DNA of 64,000 nt from an uncultured virus (IMG/VR IMGVR_UViG_3300032213_001453) (Duplodnaviria; Heunggongvirae; Uroviricota; Caudoviricetes): the IMG/VR virus record IMGVR_UViG_3300032213_001453. The stretch is one strand, 5' to 3'. Every line of letters begins with the position of its first letter. Positions within the stretch are counted from its first letter, which is position 1. Of this stretch, positions 16,103-26,200 are shown piece by piece. A program made the position numbers and the translations under genes. The notes beneath the pieces were generated by a model. The model was not told where the DNA came from and did not search any database. It worked only from the letters and a program-made list of their open reading frames with translations.

Positions 16103-16166
16103 CTCAGTTGGTCAGAGTGTCTCGCTTACACCGAGAAAGTCGGGGGTTCGAATCCCTCAACATCCA
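16093..16166 (+). tRNA. tRNA-Val(UAC)
   Basis: Cloverleaf; anticodon arm TCTCG-CT-TAC-AC-CGAGA; TTCGAAT T-loop; overlaps the def stop. Confidence 0.9.
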
Positions 16167-16168
16167 CT

Positions 16169-16366
16169 ATGGACAATATAGAAAAAGATTACAATTTTAA
16201 ACTCACGGAGATGGAAGCAGCTTTTCTAAACGCTGCCGTTGTAGACTTCTTCCACAAGATGAAGACAGCAGCGGAAGAAAAGTCTGTAGTTCTCTTTACA
16301 GATGATAGATATCTTGTTGCAAAAAGTCTTTGGAACAAGATTGAGAAAGAAATCCCAATTATATAG
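16169..16366 (+). CDS. hypothetical protein
   Basis: ORF between tRNA and HNH gene. Confidence 0.5.
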   Translation: MDNIEKDYNFKLTEMEAAFLNAAVVDFFHKMKTAAEEKSVVLFTDDRYLVAKSLWNKIEKEIPII

Positions 16367-16380
16367 GCTATAATGACTAT

Positions 16381-16728
16381 ATGATATATCGTGAATACAT
16401 TACGTCGGATGAGTGGAAAAAGCGCAAAGAGCGTTATTTTGAGAATCATCTTCGACGGTGTAGGGCTTGTGGCTCAGCCAAAAGGATTCACCTCCATCAC
16501 AAAACTTATAGACGACTTGGAGAAGAGCGGGACGCAGATTTAGTCCCGCTCTGTCATTTATGTCACTCAGCGCTTCACCGTAGACAAAGACAAAGTGGCC
16601 AGAATCTTTGGATTGCTACAGAGGCTTTTATTAGGAATAAAGAAAAAGCGAAGTCTCGGAAGAAAAAGAAGAAAAAGCAAGTTATAAAGAGAAAGTCAAG
16701 ATTGCATAAAAAAGAAACAAGATCGTGA
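16381..16728 (+). CDS. HNH endonuclease-like protein
   Basis: CRAC...HLHHKTY...DLVPLCHLCH. Confidence 0.8.
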   Translation: MIYREYITSDEWKKRKERYFENHLRRCRACGSAKRIHLHHKTYRRLGEERDADLVPLCHLCHSALHRRQRQSGQNLWIATEAFIRNKEKAKSRKKKKKKQVIKRKSRLHKKETRS

Positions 16729-16767
16729 TATAATCACGTCTTGAAAAAATAATTTCTAGGATCTTAT

Positions 16768-17571
16768 ATGATATATGCAAAAGTTATTGAAGATAGCATA
16801 ACAGCAGATGGGAAGCGTCTGACGACGATGGAAGTGCAAATGCACCGATTTGTCCTTGCTGAATTTAATACTCACAGAGTTTTTTCAAGAAATTCTGCGT
16901 CGTCTAGAGCGATACCTATTGAGAAGCAAATTGCGAAAATATTCAATCACCCGGCGTACCCAGTTTCTTGGGGAACTAATAAGTCGGGAATGCAGGCTGG
17001 CGAGCCTCTTGGTACAGCAGACGAAAGAAAAGCAAAAAGCATCTGGAAGAAGAGTTGCAAAAACGCCATTAAGTCCTCAAGAAAGCTTGAGAAACTTGGG
17101 GTTCATAAAGAAATAGCGAATAGAATCCTTGAGCCATATATGTGGCATACAGTTATTGTGACTTCAACTGAGTGGGATGGATTTTTCGAACAAAGGTGTA
17201 GTTACATGGCTCAGCCTGAAATTCGATTAGTTGCCAATGCTATGAGAGATGCCTACAAGAAGTCTGTGCCATTTTTGCTTATTGATGGAGAGATGCATCT
17301 TCCGTACATTCAGCCGGGAGAGTTTAATCTTCCAGATTATAAAAAAGCAAGAATATCTATTGCAAGATGTGCTAGAGTTTCTTACTTAACTCATGATAAT
17401 ATTTACTCAATTGAAAAAGACTTAGGTCTATTTGATAGACTTTGTACAGCAGATCCACCTCATTGGAGTCCAATGGAACACGTTGCAACTCCACTCACTG
17501 ATGAACTTGATCCATCAGGAAATTTTAATGGCTTTGCTCAGGTAAGACATAATTTACATTTGGTGTTCTAA
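16768..17571 (+). CDS. thyX: flavin-dependent thymidylate synthase
   Basis: EFNTHRVFSRNSASSRAIP, AQPEI, ARVSY and HWSPMEH motifs of phage ThyX. Confidence 0.85.
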   Translation: MIYAKVIEDSITADGKRLTTMEVQMHRFVLAEFNTHRVFSRNSASSRAIPIEKQIAKIFNHPAYPVSWGTNKSGMQAGEPLGTADERKAKSIWKKSCKNAIKSSRKLEKLGVHKEIANRILEPYMWHTVIVTSTEWDGFFEQRCSYMAQPEIRLVANAMRDAYKKSVPFLLIDGEMHLPYIQPGEFNLPDYKKARISIARCARVSYLTHDNIYSIEKDLGLFDRLCTADPPHWSPMEHVATPLTDELDPSGNFNGFAQVRHNLHLVF

Positions 17572-17762
17572 TGGTTAAATCAACTTTATGTGCTAGTAAA
17601 GATCATAAAAAATGTGAAGAAAAACATTGTGAATGTTCATGCCACCACACTTCTGATTGTAATTGTTTTGCTTGCAGAATAAGAACTATATCTTTTGGTG
17701 ATGTTCCGGGTGGGTATAAGTCTAGTAATCCTTCAACTTCAAATAAGCTTGAAGACTTCTAG
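17571..17762 (+). CDS. Cys/His-rich small protein
   Basis: Many Cys and His residues in 63 aa. Confidence 0.45.
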   Translation: MVKSTLCASKDHKKCEEKHCECSCHHTSDCNCFACRIRTISFGDVPGGYKSSNPSTSNKLEDF

Positions 17763-17846
17763 GAAGGGTGGCAGAGCGGACGAATGCGTCGGTCTTGAAA
17801 ACCGTTGTGGGGAAACTCACCGTGGGTTCGAATCCCACTCCTTCCA
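17762..17846 (+). tRNA. tRNA-Ser(UGA)
   Basis: Long variable arm; anticodon loop CT-TGA-AA. Confidence 0.9.
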
Positions 17847-17896
17847 CGCTTTTAATATAATTTTGTGATATAATACGAATGTTCTTAGGAGGAATA

Positions 17897-18955
17897 GTGG
17901 GATATTACCTAATCGATAATCCGCCAGCAAGTAAGCAATTCTGGCCATCAAGAAATAATGGGCTTAGTGGTGGTGTAGTCATTCATACTACCGAAGGCGC
18001 AGGCGGAGATACTGCAGCAGAAAATACTGCTTCGTTTATTTCACGGCGTTCAGATCCGGGCAGCTATCACATGATAGTCGATACAGATTCTTCTGTGGCC
18101 ATGATGCCTGATGATTATGTTGCGTTTGGCGTTGCAGCTTCCGGATTCAATAGTACCTGTTGGATGATTGCTATTGCAGCACAATCAGCCGCTCTTGATC
18201 CAAATAGCCCCTATACTCAAGCGGAAGTTGATCGACTGGGCGCAGAGATTGTTGCCTTCTGGCAGCGCAATGGAATTAATATCGCAGAAGCTTCGCAGTT
18301 TATTGGCGAGGAAGTTAAGGATCGCCCCGGACTTGCTCATCATGGCGACGTTCAGCCTTGGGACAGAAGTGATGCATGGAGTCGTCGTGAAGATCGTTGG
18401 ATCTTTGATTCTATGCTCCTTCAGGCTATTGAACGTCATTCTGGTTCTGTACCCGCACAGCCTGTTGAGCCTACTAAGCCAGTTCCTGTTCTTCCTGAGT
18501 CAATTTGGAAGATTGGTTCTACTGGAGATAAGGTTCGCGAGATTCAAAAAGTTGTTGGTGCAAATCAAGATGGAGTCTTTGGGCCTGCTACTGAATCTGC
18601 TGTCAAGCAGTGGCAGGCAAATCTTAAGATCTCCTCCGATGGTATTTGGGGTCCTGCTACTGAACAAGCAACACATGATCTTTTTGTATTCCTGAATAAT
18701 CTTCAGGCTGTTGCTCCTAGCAATCCATTCTTCGATGCACTTAATGATGCAAGAAGTCAGGTTCTCAGGGAAGGTTCGACTGGAGGGTCTGTGAAGATTC
18801 TTCAGACCGGCTTGAATGGTAGGGGATATCCTCTTGTTGGAGATGGTATCTTTGGTCCTGCAACATCTAACGCTGTCCGCAAATTTCAATCTGACAACGG
18901 ACTTGCCGTTGATGGTGTTGTTGGTCCCCAGACATGGACATCTCTTCTCTCTTAA
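17897..18955 (+). CDS. endolysin: N-acetylmuramoyl-L-alanine amidase with two peptidoglycan-binding domains
   Basis: VIHTTE, SYH and HGD amidase motifs; DG.FGP.T..AV..(W/F)Q...DG..GP.T repeats. Confidence 0.9.
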   Translation: MGYYLIDNPPASKQFWPSRNNGLSGGVVIHTTEGAGGDTAAENTASFISRRSDPGSYHMIVDTDSSVAMMPDDYVAFGVAASGFNSTCWMIAIAAQSAALDPNSPYTQAEVDRLGAEIVAFWQRNGINIAEASQFIGEEVKDRPGLAHHGDVQPWDRSDAWSRREDRWIFDSMLLQAIERHSGSVPAQPVEPTKPVPVLPESIWKIGSTGDKVREIQKVVGANQDGVFGPATESAVKQWQANLKISSDGIWGPATEQATHDLFVFLNNLQAVAPSNPFFDALNDARSQVLREGSTGGSVKILQTGLNGRGYPLVGDGIFGPATSNAVRKFQSDNGLAVDGVVGPQTWTSLLS

Positions 18956-18961
18956 AATAAG

Positions 18962-19642
18962 ATGGCTAGAGTTAGCGTTCTTCTCACTGTCTATAATAAG
19001 CCTCAATGGTTAAAACAGTGCATTGACTCTGTAATTGACCAGACATATGATAATTGGGAACTTATAATTCTTGATGACAATTCTCCTGATCCAATGGTTC
19101 AGGAGATTTTGTCTTCTTACAAAGATGAAAGAATTAAGATATATACATCTAATGTTTCTGAGCAGGATAGATATAAAACAGCTAGATACGCTACCTTAAT
19201 AAATCTGGGCGTCTATGAGATAGCAACTGGCGACTATATAACATATCTTACTGATGATGACTTTTATTATCCAGATCGACTTGAATCTATGCTCAAAAGT
19301 TTTGAAAATGAGAACATCAATATAGTTTATGGAAGTCAAAGATCAATTCAACCTGATGGAACTACTATTGAAATAAGAGAAACTCAGGGGATATTAGATA
19401 TTGCATATAACATAGTTGATCATAATTCGGTAATGCATAGAACTCAGTTGTTCTACGATGTTGGTGGATGGCCGGATAACCCAGAATATTGGGCGGGAGC
19501 CGATGCGTATTTCTGGAATAGAATAACTGACGCTGGACACAAGTTCTATCCAGTAGAAGGTGGTCCTTATGAAGCTAAGAGATATCATGGCGACAGTGTT
19601 CAGTATCTAGTTCATAATGGGAGGTTCTTTCCAAATGAATGA
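18962..19642 (+). CDS. glycosyltransferase family 2
   Basis: VSVLLTVYN, QTYDNWELIILDDNS, DDD. Confidence 0.9.
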   Translation: MARVSVLLTVYNKPQWLKQCIDSVIDQTYDNWELIILDDNSPDPMVQEILSSYKDERIKIYTSNVSEQDRYKTARYATLINLGVYEIATGDYITYLTDDDFYYPDRLESMLKSFENENINIVYGSQRSIQPDGTTIEIRETQGILDIAYNIVDHNSVMHRTQLFYDVGGWPDNPEYWAGADAYFWNRITDAGHKFYPVEGGPYEAKRYHGDSVQYLVHNGRFFPNE

Positions 19643-20309
19643 CAAAGTGTTATTGGGTATTATTGACAATAAAAGACCAGATTGTTTAGATGCCACAATT
19701 CAATCTTTAGAAGATAATTTATTTTGTGATTTTTTTAAAAAAGTAATTATTGATGATTCTGGAGATAGTGAGTATTCAAAATATCTTGAAGAAAAATACT
19801 CAGATAGATATGAAATTTATTCTCATTCTGTAAATATGGGACTTTCTGGTTCAATAAGAACCTTATGGAATATAGCAAATGTTTACGATATAGATTATGT
19901 TTGGCATCAAGAAGGCGATTTTATTTTTAATAAAAAAATTGATGTTAATATATTAAAATATAAGCTGAATAATAAAAAAACTCTTGCTCAAGTTGCCTTG
20001 AAAAGACAGGCAATTAATGATCAAGAAATTTCTGTTGGTGGATTTATGTATCAAGATCCAACTTCATATGAGCCATATATACATGATAATGTTAAGTGGT
20101 TAGAGCATAGAAACTTCTTTACTTTAAATCCATGTCTATATCCAAAATGGGTATTTAATTTGGGATGGCAAGTCGGTTGGGGAGAGAAAGAGTTTTCAGA
20201 ACTTCTGTTTTCAGATCCATATGTCAAGTGTGCATATTTAGGACATATCGAAGATCCTCCTTTGGTAGATCATATAGGACACTACAGAGGGGATGGCTGG
20301 CGTGTATGA
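19635..20309 (+). CDS. glycosyltransferase (GT-A fold)
   Basis: IIDDSG, EGDF, HIG motifs. Confidence 0.75.
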   Translation: MNDKVLLGIIDNKRPDCLDATIQSLEDNLFCDFFKKVIIDDSGDSEYSKYLEEKYSDRYEIYSHSVNMGLSGSIRTLWNIANVYDIDYVWHQEGDFIFNKKIDVNILKYKLNNKKTLAQVALKRQAINDQEISVGGFMYQDPTSYEPYIHDNVKWLEHRNFFTLNPCLYPKWVFNLGWQVGWGEKEFSELLFSDPYVKCAYLGHIEDPPLVDHIGHYRGDGWRV

Positions 20310-20932
20310 ACGCATACAATGAAGATTTTTATAATCAAATACATGATGGAGCCTTGTCATCTGCAAGAGCTATCGTACCCGAAGTAATAAGCATATTTAA
20401 ACCAAAGTCTGTAGTTGACTTTGGCTGTGGAACGGGGGCTTGGCTATCAGTATTTAAAGAGAATGGCATAGATGAAATAGCCGGAGTCGATGGATCTCCA
20501 GAGGGACATTCTCTTATACCCGAAGAAAGTTTTACACTAAGAGATCTTTCTTCAGAGTTTTTTTTAAACAAAAAGTATGATTTAGCTATATCACTTGAAG
20601 TTGCTGAGCATATTCCTCATGAATTTGCTGATCAATTTGTGACTAATATTTGCAATAGCTCAGACAATATACTGTGGTCAGCAGCCGTTCCGGGCCAAAA
20701 AGGCGTTGGACATATAAATGAACAGTGGCCAAGTTATTGGGTACCGAAGTTTCATCAAAAAGGCTATGTATGTTCGCCTATTTTTAGATTTAATTTTTGG
20801 AATAATGAAAATATTGAAAACTGGTATAGACAAAATATATTGATCTTTACAAAGAATCCAGTTCTATTCAAAAATATTAAAGTTGATCATCAAATCTTAG
20901 ATGTTATACATTATAATAACTGGAGTGTCTAG
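20306..20932 (+). CDS. class I SAM-dependent methyltransferase
   Basis: VVDFGCGTG, YDLAISLEVAEH, HINEQ. Confidence 0.9.
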   Translation: MNAYNEDFYNQIHDGALSSARAIVPEVISIFKPKSVVDFGCGTGAWLSVFKENGIDEIAGVDGSPEGHSLIPEESFTLRDLSSEFFLNKKYDLAISLEVAEHIPHEFADQFVTNICNSSDNILWSAAVPGQKGVGHINEQWPSYWVPKFHQKGYVCSPIFRFNFWNNENIENWYRQNILIFTKNPVLFKNIKVDHQILDVIHYNNWSV

Positions 20933-21546
20933 TGAAAAATCTAGTTATTATCGGAGCAGGTTCTCACGGTTCTGGTATAGAGACAATAGTCAGTGCTATA
21001 AACGATCAAGTTCCGACTTGGAATTTGCTTGGATATCTTGATGATGATAAAAATAAGGCCGGAGTTATCGGTGGTGTTGATAAAAGCATCGATAATGTTT
21101 ATTATGTTATCGGAGTTAACGAACCATACTTAAAACGTAAAATGTTTCTTAAAAAAAGATTAACTATTCCAGCGACATTAGTTCATCCATCAGCAATCAT
21201 TGGCAAGAAAGTTTTTTTAGGTGATGGTGTAGTCATTTTCCCGGGAGTTATTATTACTGGAAATGTATGGATAAATTCAGACTCTCATGTGAATGTTGGC
21301 TCAACAGTAAGCCAAGGAACAGAAATTGGAAAGTTTTGCAGCATTGGTCCCGGAGTTAATATTGCTGGAGAAGTAAATATAGGTGATAATGCTTTCATTG
21401 GAACTGGAGCTTCTATTATTAATTTAATCAATATTGCTGAAAATACAACTATAGGTGCCGGAAGTGTTGTTGTGAAAAATATAGATAATCCCGGTACTAC
21501 TGTGGCGGGAGTTCCAGCCAGAAGGATTAAAGATTTAAATGAATAA
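20932..21546 (+). CDS. NeuD/PglD-family sugar acetyltransferase
   Basis: IIGAGSHG, LVHPSA, hexapeptide repeats, GVPAR. Confidence 0.9.
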   Translation: MKNLVIIGAGSHGSGIETIVSAINDQVPTWNLLGYLDDDKNKAGVIGGVDKSIDNVYYVIGVNEPYLKRKMFLKKRLTIPATLVHPSAIIGKKVFLGDGVVIFPGVIITGNVWINSDSHVNVGSTVSQGTEIGKFCSIGPGVNIAGEVNIGDNAFIGTGASIINLINIAENTTIGAGSVVVKNIDNPGTTVAGVPARRIKDLNE

Positions 21547-22291
21547 AGTATTCGCTATAGCTATGGTAAAAGATGAAGCAGATATTATTGAATATACAAT
21601 CAAACATCTTCTTTGTGAAGATATTGATAATTTTATTGTATTAGACAATATGTCTTCTGATGGAACTAGAGATATTCTGGAAGACCTTGCTAGAGAGTAT
21701 AAGAATATATTGATAGAAGATGATTTTGAAGTGGCATACTATCAATCACTGAAAATGACAAATCTGGCAAATAAAGCAGTGTCAAATGGTGCTGACTGGA
21801 TTATCCCATTCGATGCAGATGAAGTCTGGTACGCGACTTCCGGGGAAACTCTTGGATCTGAGCTTAGATCTCTATCGGAGCCTATAGCTGTGGCTAAGGT
21901 ATTTGATCACTTTCCAACCTCTGATGATCCAGTTGGAGATAATCCAATCAAAACTATTCTACATAAAGAGCCGCTACCAGAGCTTTGGCCATGCGTAGCA
22001 TTTAGGGCCGAAGATGATTTTGAAATCCTTCAGGGAAATCACAATGTTATAAGATCTGGAGAACGAAACTATAGTGCTGTAGAAATAAGACACTTCCAAT
22101 ATCGATCTTTTGAGCAGTTTAAAAGGAAGCTCCGAAACGGTAAAATTGCATACGACGCCACTAATCTCCCCGAGGGAGAGGGTGCTCATTGGAGACAAAT
22201 GGGTGCTCTAGATGATGATTCGCTATTCCAACTATGGCAAGATTTTTTGTCAACAGATATGATTTTAGATCCAGCACCAACAAGATCTTGA
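21539..22291 (+). CDS. glycosyltransferase family 2-like
   Basis: MVKDEADII, DNMSSDGT, DADE, HFQYRS. Confidence 0.85.
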   Translation: MNKVFAIAMVKDEADIIEYTIKHLLCEDIDNFIVLDNMSSDGTRDILEDLAREYKNILIEDDFEVAYYQSLKMTNLANKAVSNGADWIIPFDADEVWYATSGETLGSELRSLSEPIAVAKVFDHFPTSDDPVGDNPIKTILHKEPLPELWPCVAFRAEDDFEILQGNHNVIRSGERNYSAVEIRHFQYRSFEQFKRKLRNGKIAYDATNLPEGEGAHWRQMGALDDDSLFQLWQDFLSTDMILDPAPTRS

Positions 22292-22327
22292 AAAATATAG
22301 TATAATGATTTTGAACATTGGACGCTT

Positions 22328-23023
22328 ATGAGTGAAAATAAAATCCATACTATAGTTGTAACTCCTTTTAAAAATGAAGTAGAGATGACTATCAAGTATA
22401 TTAATCTTTTGAAGAATGAAAAATTTGATCAAGCTATTATGTACGATAATGGGTCTAGGGAAGAAGTTATCAGAGATATCAGAAACTTTATTTCTGATGA
22501 TCCTAGATTTACCATTGTAGACGCATCAGGATGGAAGCTCCATCAAATGTGGAATCATGCATGGTCAGAGGCTGTATCTAAATTTGATATATTTAATATT
22601 GCTTTCTTTAATAATGATATTGAATGGTCTGAACCACTTGTAGAAAAGATGTCGGAACTCTTGAGATCTCAGGATCAAGTCGGCTGCGTCTATCCAGATC
22701 ACGGATACTTCAACACTGATGCAAAATTTGTCTTAACTCCCACTACCGGAACTAAAAAAGATGGCGGGATGTGCGGATTCTGCTTTATGTTGAGGGGAGA
22801 ACTCGCTCCAGATGAGATGCCATATGTAGATGAAAATCTTATTTGGTGGTTTGGTGATGATCACGTTGAGATGAATGTCCGAAAAGCTAATTATTATGTA
22901 TGTCGCATTAATGGTCTTCATATAACTCATATAGAAGAAGCAACTGCCGCAAATGGCGAAAACACTTGGGTCGAAGAGGCCAAGAGAAAAGATGCAGAGT
23001 ACTGGTACTCTACATATCACTAA
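22328..23023 (+). CDS. glycosyltransferase family 2-like
   Basis: DNGS, NNDI, WFGDD. Confidence 0.8.
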   Translation: MSENKIHTIVVTPFKNEVEMTIKYINLLKNEKFDQAIMYDNGSREEVIRDIRNFISDDPRFTIVDASGWKLHQMWNHAWSEAVSKFDIFNIAFFNNDIEWSEPLVEKMSELLRSQDQVGCVYPDHGYFNTDAKFVLTPTTGTKKDGGMCGFCFMLRGELAPDEMPYVDENLIWWFGDDHVEMNVRKANYYVCRINGLHITHIEEATAANGENTWVEEAKRKDAEYWYSTYH

Positions 23024-23033
23024 TGGAGATCTT

Positions 23034-23594
23034 ATGGAATTTGCAGATGTAACAGTTATTACCCCAACTTTAGCTCATAGACATGAGATGCTCGCTGACT
23101 GTATGGAGTCTGTGAGGAATCAGACAGTTCAGCCCAAGGCTCATATTATCGGAACTGACTACGAGCGCGTCGGAGCCAGTGCTATGTTCAATAAACTGAT
23201 TGATGCAGCAACTACCGAGTGGGTAGCTCCTCTTTGTGATGACGATATTTTATACCCCGATTATATTCAGCAGCTTGTTGATAATGCTGGTGATGCAGAC
23301 ATGATTTACCCTTGGTGTGAAGTAACCGGGACAAGAAATGGATGGAATCCTAACGCTTATTATGATGAAGAAAGAATCCTTACTTCCAATTTCATACCAG
23401 CGACTGTGCTGCTTAGAAAGTCTGCTTGGGAAGCTGTAGGCGGGTATCCGGCAGTTGTGTGCGAAGATCATGCTATGTGGGTTCAGCTTGTAACAAATGG
23501 TTTTAAAATTAAATGCCTTCCTCAAATTCTTTGGCAGTATAGATTTCATGGTAGAAACATTAGTGATGGTATTTATAATCCTTGGGAAGTTTGA
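23034..23594 (+). CDS. glycosyltransferase family 2
   Basis: VTVITPT, DDD, VGGY, EDH, YRFH. Confidence 0.85.
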   Translation: MEFADVTVITPTLAHRHEMLADCMESVRNQTVQPKAHIIGTDYERVGASAMFNKLIDAATTEWVAPLCDDDILYPDYIQQLVDNAGDADMIYPWCEVTGTRNGWNPNAYYDEERILTSNFIPATVLLRKSAWEAVGGYPAVVCEDHAMWVQLVTNGFKIKCLPQILWQYRFHGRNISDGIYNPWEV

Positions 23595-24292
23595 TGAAAA
23601 AAGTTGGCGTAGTTATACCTATTTTAAATCAATTTGAACTAGCAATTAAAGCTATTGAGTCAATTCAAATTCCAGAGGGAATGGATTGGGAACTTTTTAT
23701 TATAGATAACTGGTCTACTAATAATGGAGTTTCTGGTGCTTGGAATATGGGTGCAAGAAAAGCTATAGAAAAAAACTGTGATTATATTCTTATAATAAAT
23801 GATGATATTGTTTTATCTCCAACAACTATTGAACATATGTGTAGCCTTATTGATTTAGATTATATTGGTGTAATAACAGCAACAGACTACAGAGATTCGA
23901 TGACACCAGAGCAGGTAAAGATCTGCGAGAAGCCTGCTCATTCTGTAGATATAATGCCTGCTCCCGACTTTGCCTGCTTTATGATTACACCAGAAACCTA
24001 TGATTATATTGGCGAATTTGACAACAATATATACCCTGCATACTTCGAAGACAATGACTATTGTTATAGAACCATTTTGGCGGGTCTTAGATGTGCTAGA
24101 TCGCAGAATGCAGTATTTTACCACTACGGCTCAAGAACGCAGAATAGCGGAGAGCCTGTAGTTCCTTCTCAGTTGTTTGAAAAGAACCGAGACTATTTTA
24201 GAGATAAGTGGGGCGGGCTTCCCGGAGAAGAAGTTCACGATAAACCGTGGAATCGTCAAGATTTTACTTGGAAAGACAATTTCCTGACGTGA
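23594..24292 (+). CDS. glycosyltransferase family 2
   Basis: IIDN, NDD, GEFD...YFEDNDY. Confidence 0.85.
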   Translation: MKKVGVVIPILNQFELAIKAIESIQIPEGMDWELFIIDNWSTNNGVSGAWNMGARKAIEKNCDYILIINDDIVLSPTTIEHMCSLIDLDYIGVITATDYRDSMTPEQVKICEKPAHSVDIMPAPDFACFMITPETYDYIGEFDNNIYPAYFEDNDYCYRTILAGLRCARSQNAVFYHYGSRTQNSGEPVVPSQLFEKNRDYFRDKWGGLPGEEVHDKPWNRQDFTWKDNFLT

Positions 24293-24322
24293 TCCGTATT
24301 GGCGGTGCTATGATGCTTCTGT

Positions 24323-24397
24323 GCCTGAGTAGCTCAGTGGTAGAGCACTCGCCTTGTAAGCGAGCGGTCAAGGGTTCAAGTCCCTTCTTAGGCTCCA
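24323..24397 (+). tRNA. tRNA-Thr(UGU)
   Basis: CTCGC-CT-TGT-AA-GCGAG; encoded CCA. Confidence 0.9.
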
Positions 24398-24398
24398 G

Positions 24399-24472
24399 CC
24401 GGTAGTAGCTCAGTTGGTTAGAGCGCGATTCTTATACAGTCGTAGTCGAAGGTTCAATTCCTTCCTACCGGA
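24399..24472 (+). tRNA. tRNA-Ile(UAU)
   Basis: CCGGTAG/CTACCGG acceptor; CGATT-CT-TAT-AC-AGTCG. Confidence 0.85.
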
Positions 24473-24960
24473 CTTATGATATATAAATCAGATAGACAAA
24501 AAGCCCAGACGTTTGCATCAGAACTTATGAGGATATCATCACTTTTTGATGACAGCGTAGAACGATCTTCTCTTATTAAAATAGCTAATTTTATTTTAAA
24601 ACAAAATCAAGATATAGAAGAATTACTTTCTAAGGATAGATAATGTCGGCATCAGATCCAACAAAAGAAGAAATGCAAGATTTGGTAATATTAGTTCTTC
24701 CAAGGGTTATAGTTGAAGCTATGTGCAACCCAGATGGAGAATTCTACAATGGAGATATTGTAGATATGGCAAGAGAGAAAGCATTGAGGTATGAAGGATG
24801 AATGAAGATAGTATTAAAATTGAAATACCATTGAGCACTGCAAAAGAATTATCTAAGTTTACTGATACTTATGCTCCTCTTGTAAGATCTGTAGCAAAAG
24901 CGTGCTTCGATGCTCTGTATGATAACAAGATTGTTGTTGATGATGCAAAAAAGTGAGTCA

Positions 24961-25203
24961 ATGCAATTAGTTGATCAATTGCGAGAAAGAGTTTGTCCCG
25001 CTGGAAAACCTTGGACTGATGATGATCCTAAAAGTGATCACGGTCATACTGATTGTTTCCTTCTCAATAAGGCCGCAGATGAGATTGAACGATTGACAAA
25101 GCTCATCGCTGCATGGGCCGACGCCGAAGACGAAGCGGACATGATCCGCGGAATAGACCTGTACACCGCATACGAAGCTCTTCGCAAGGCGGTGGGGAGA
25201 TGA
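24961..25203 (+). CDS. hypothetical protein
   Basis: AADEIERL motif common in small phage proteins; start uncertain. Confidence 0.5.
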   Translation: MQLVDQLRERVCPAGKPWTDDDPKSDHGHTDCFLLNKAADEIERLTKLIAAWADAEDEADMIRGIDLYTAYEALRKAVGR

Positions 25204-25475
25204 ACGTATCTCTTGAGCTTCGTAATGAAGCTAATGGTGTCTATGAGCGTCAGCCGGAAGATCGGTATCAAAGATTACTCCTTGTTGGCGCCGATGCTAT
25301 AGACGATTTGAGAAAAGAAAATGACAATCTTCGCATGGAGATTAAGGGGAAAAACTTGGAAATTAGTCTTCTTAAAGATGAAATTAATGCAAGCAGATCT
25401 ATAGTTAAATCTTTAATTACTAGACTCAAAAATATTGCCGAAAACAGAACTGCTTGCGAGATAGTAGCGAAGTAG
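25200..25475 (+). CDS. coiled-coil hypothetical protein
   Basis: ATGA coupling; ADAIDDLR plus heptads. Confidence 0.5.
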   Translation: MNVSLELRNEANGVYERQPEDRYQRLLLVGADAIDDLRKENDNLRMEIKGKNLEISLLKDEINASRSIVKSLITRLKNIAENRTACEIVAK

Positions 25476-25480
25476 CATAA

Positions 25481-25553
25481 GCCTCTGTAACTCAGTTGGA
25501 AGAGTAGCGGCCTTTTAAGCCGATAGTCGTGGGATCGAAACCCACCGGAGGCA
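25481..25553 (+). tRNA. tRNA-Lys(UUU)
   Basis: Anticodon loop CT-TTT-AA; T-loop ATCGAAA is atypical. Confidence 0.8.
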
Positions 25554-25797
25554 CCCTCAATAAAGGAGAATAAAATGGCTAATGTAAAGATTTCGAGAGA
25601 TAAGACTCCAGATCCTATCGAAACAGAGATCAATATCTATCCAGATGGAGATGAATCTCGTCCTCGTATTGGAGTTTTGAAGATTGAAAAAGGAATGTCA
25701 AGGATGACACTTGATCCGGGAATTCTTCCGTATCAAAATTTTTGAAAATCTGGTATAATCTAAAAGTTGCGAACGTAGCGCAAAGAATGGGGTAATT

Positions 25798-26121
25798 ATG
25801 GAAAATGACTGGATCGATAAGATTGCAGCAGAAATGATGAACTCTATGGCTCAGCCAGAAAAAGAGTTTGTTCAAGCTATGATGGATATTGTAGAACGTC
25901 ATGGAAAGCTTGCTAATAACGATGGCAAGGGAATATGGGTTGGATATACTGAGGCATCTGAGAATGATGTTGCCTCTAGAGGCATTAAGTGCTTAAATTG
26001 TGCTCATTACGAGGGCGATGGTGTCTGTCACATTGTATTGCAGACTGTTGAGCCGGAAGGTCTTTGCAGACTTGCTGCAATTCCCGATGGAATTGTCCGT
26101 CTTAATGATATGATGTCTTAG
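25798..26121 (+). CDS. protein with HiPIP-like 4-Cys motif
   Basis: CLNCAHY...C.IV...VEPEGLC. Confidence 0.55.
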   Translation: MENDWIDKIAAEMMNSMAQPEKEFVQAMMDIVERHGKLANNDGKGIWVGYTEASENDVASRGIKCLNCAHYEGDGVCHIVLQTVEPEGLCRLAAIPDGIVRLNDMMS

Positions 26122-26159
26122 TCCGAACGAAGCGCGAAGTCCGTGTGAAGGCAGTGCAA

Positions 26160-26191
26160 AGACTGGGGGAGAAATCCCCCAGTCTCCTATT
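26160..26191 (+). terminator. hairpin, possible terminator
   Basis: AGACTGGGGGA-GAAA-TCCCCCAGTCT. Confidence 0.55.
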
Positions 26192-26200
26192 TGGAGAAAT

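Noticed and set aside
26121..26190. Structured ncRNA or ribozyme
   Set aside because: Only a GAAA-capped hairpin is supportable; no known ribozyme or riboswitch core recognised.
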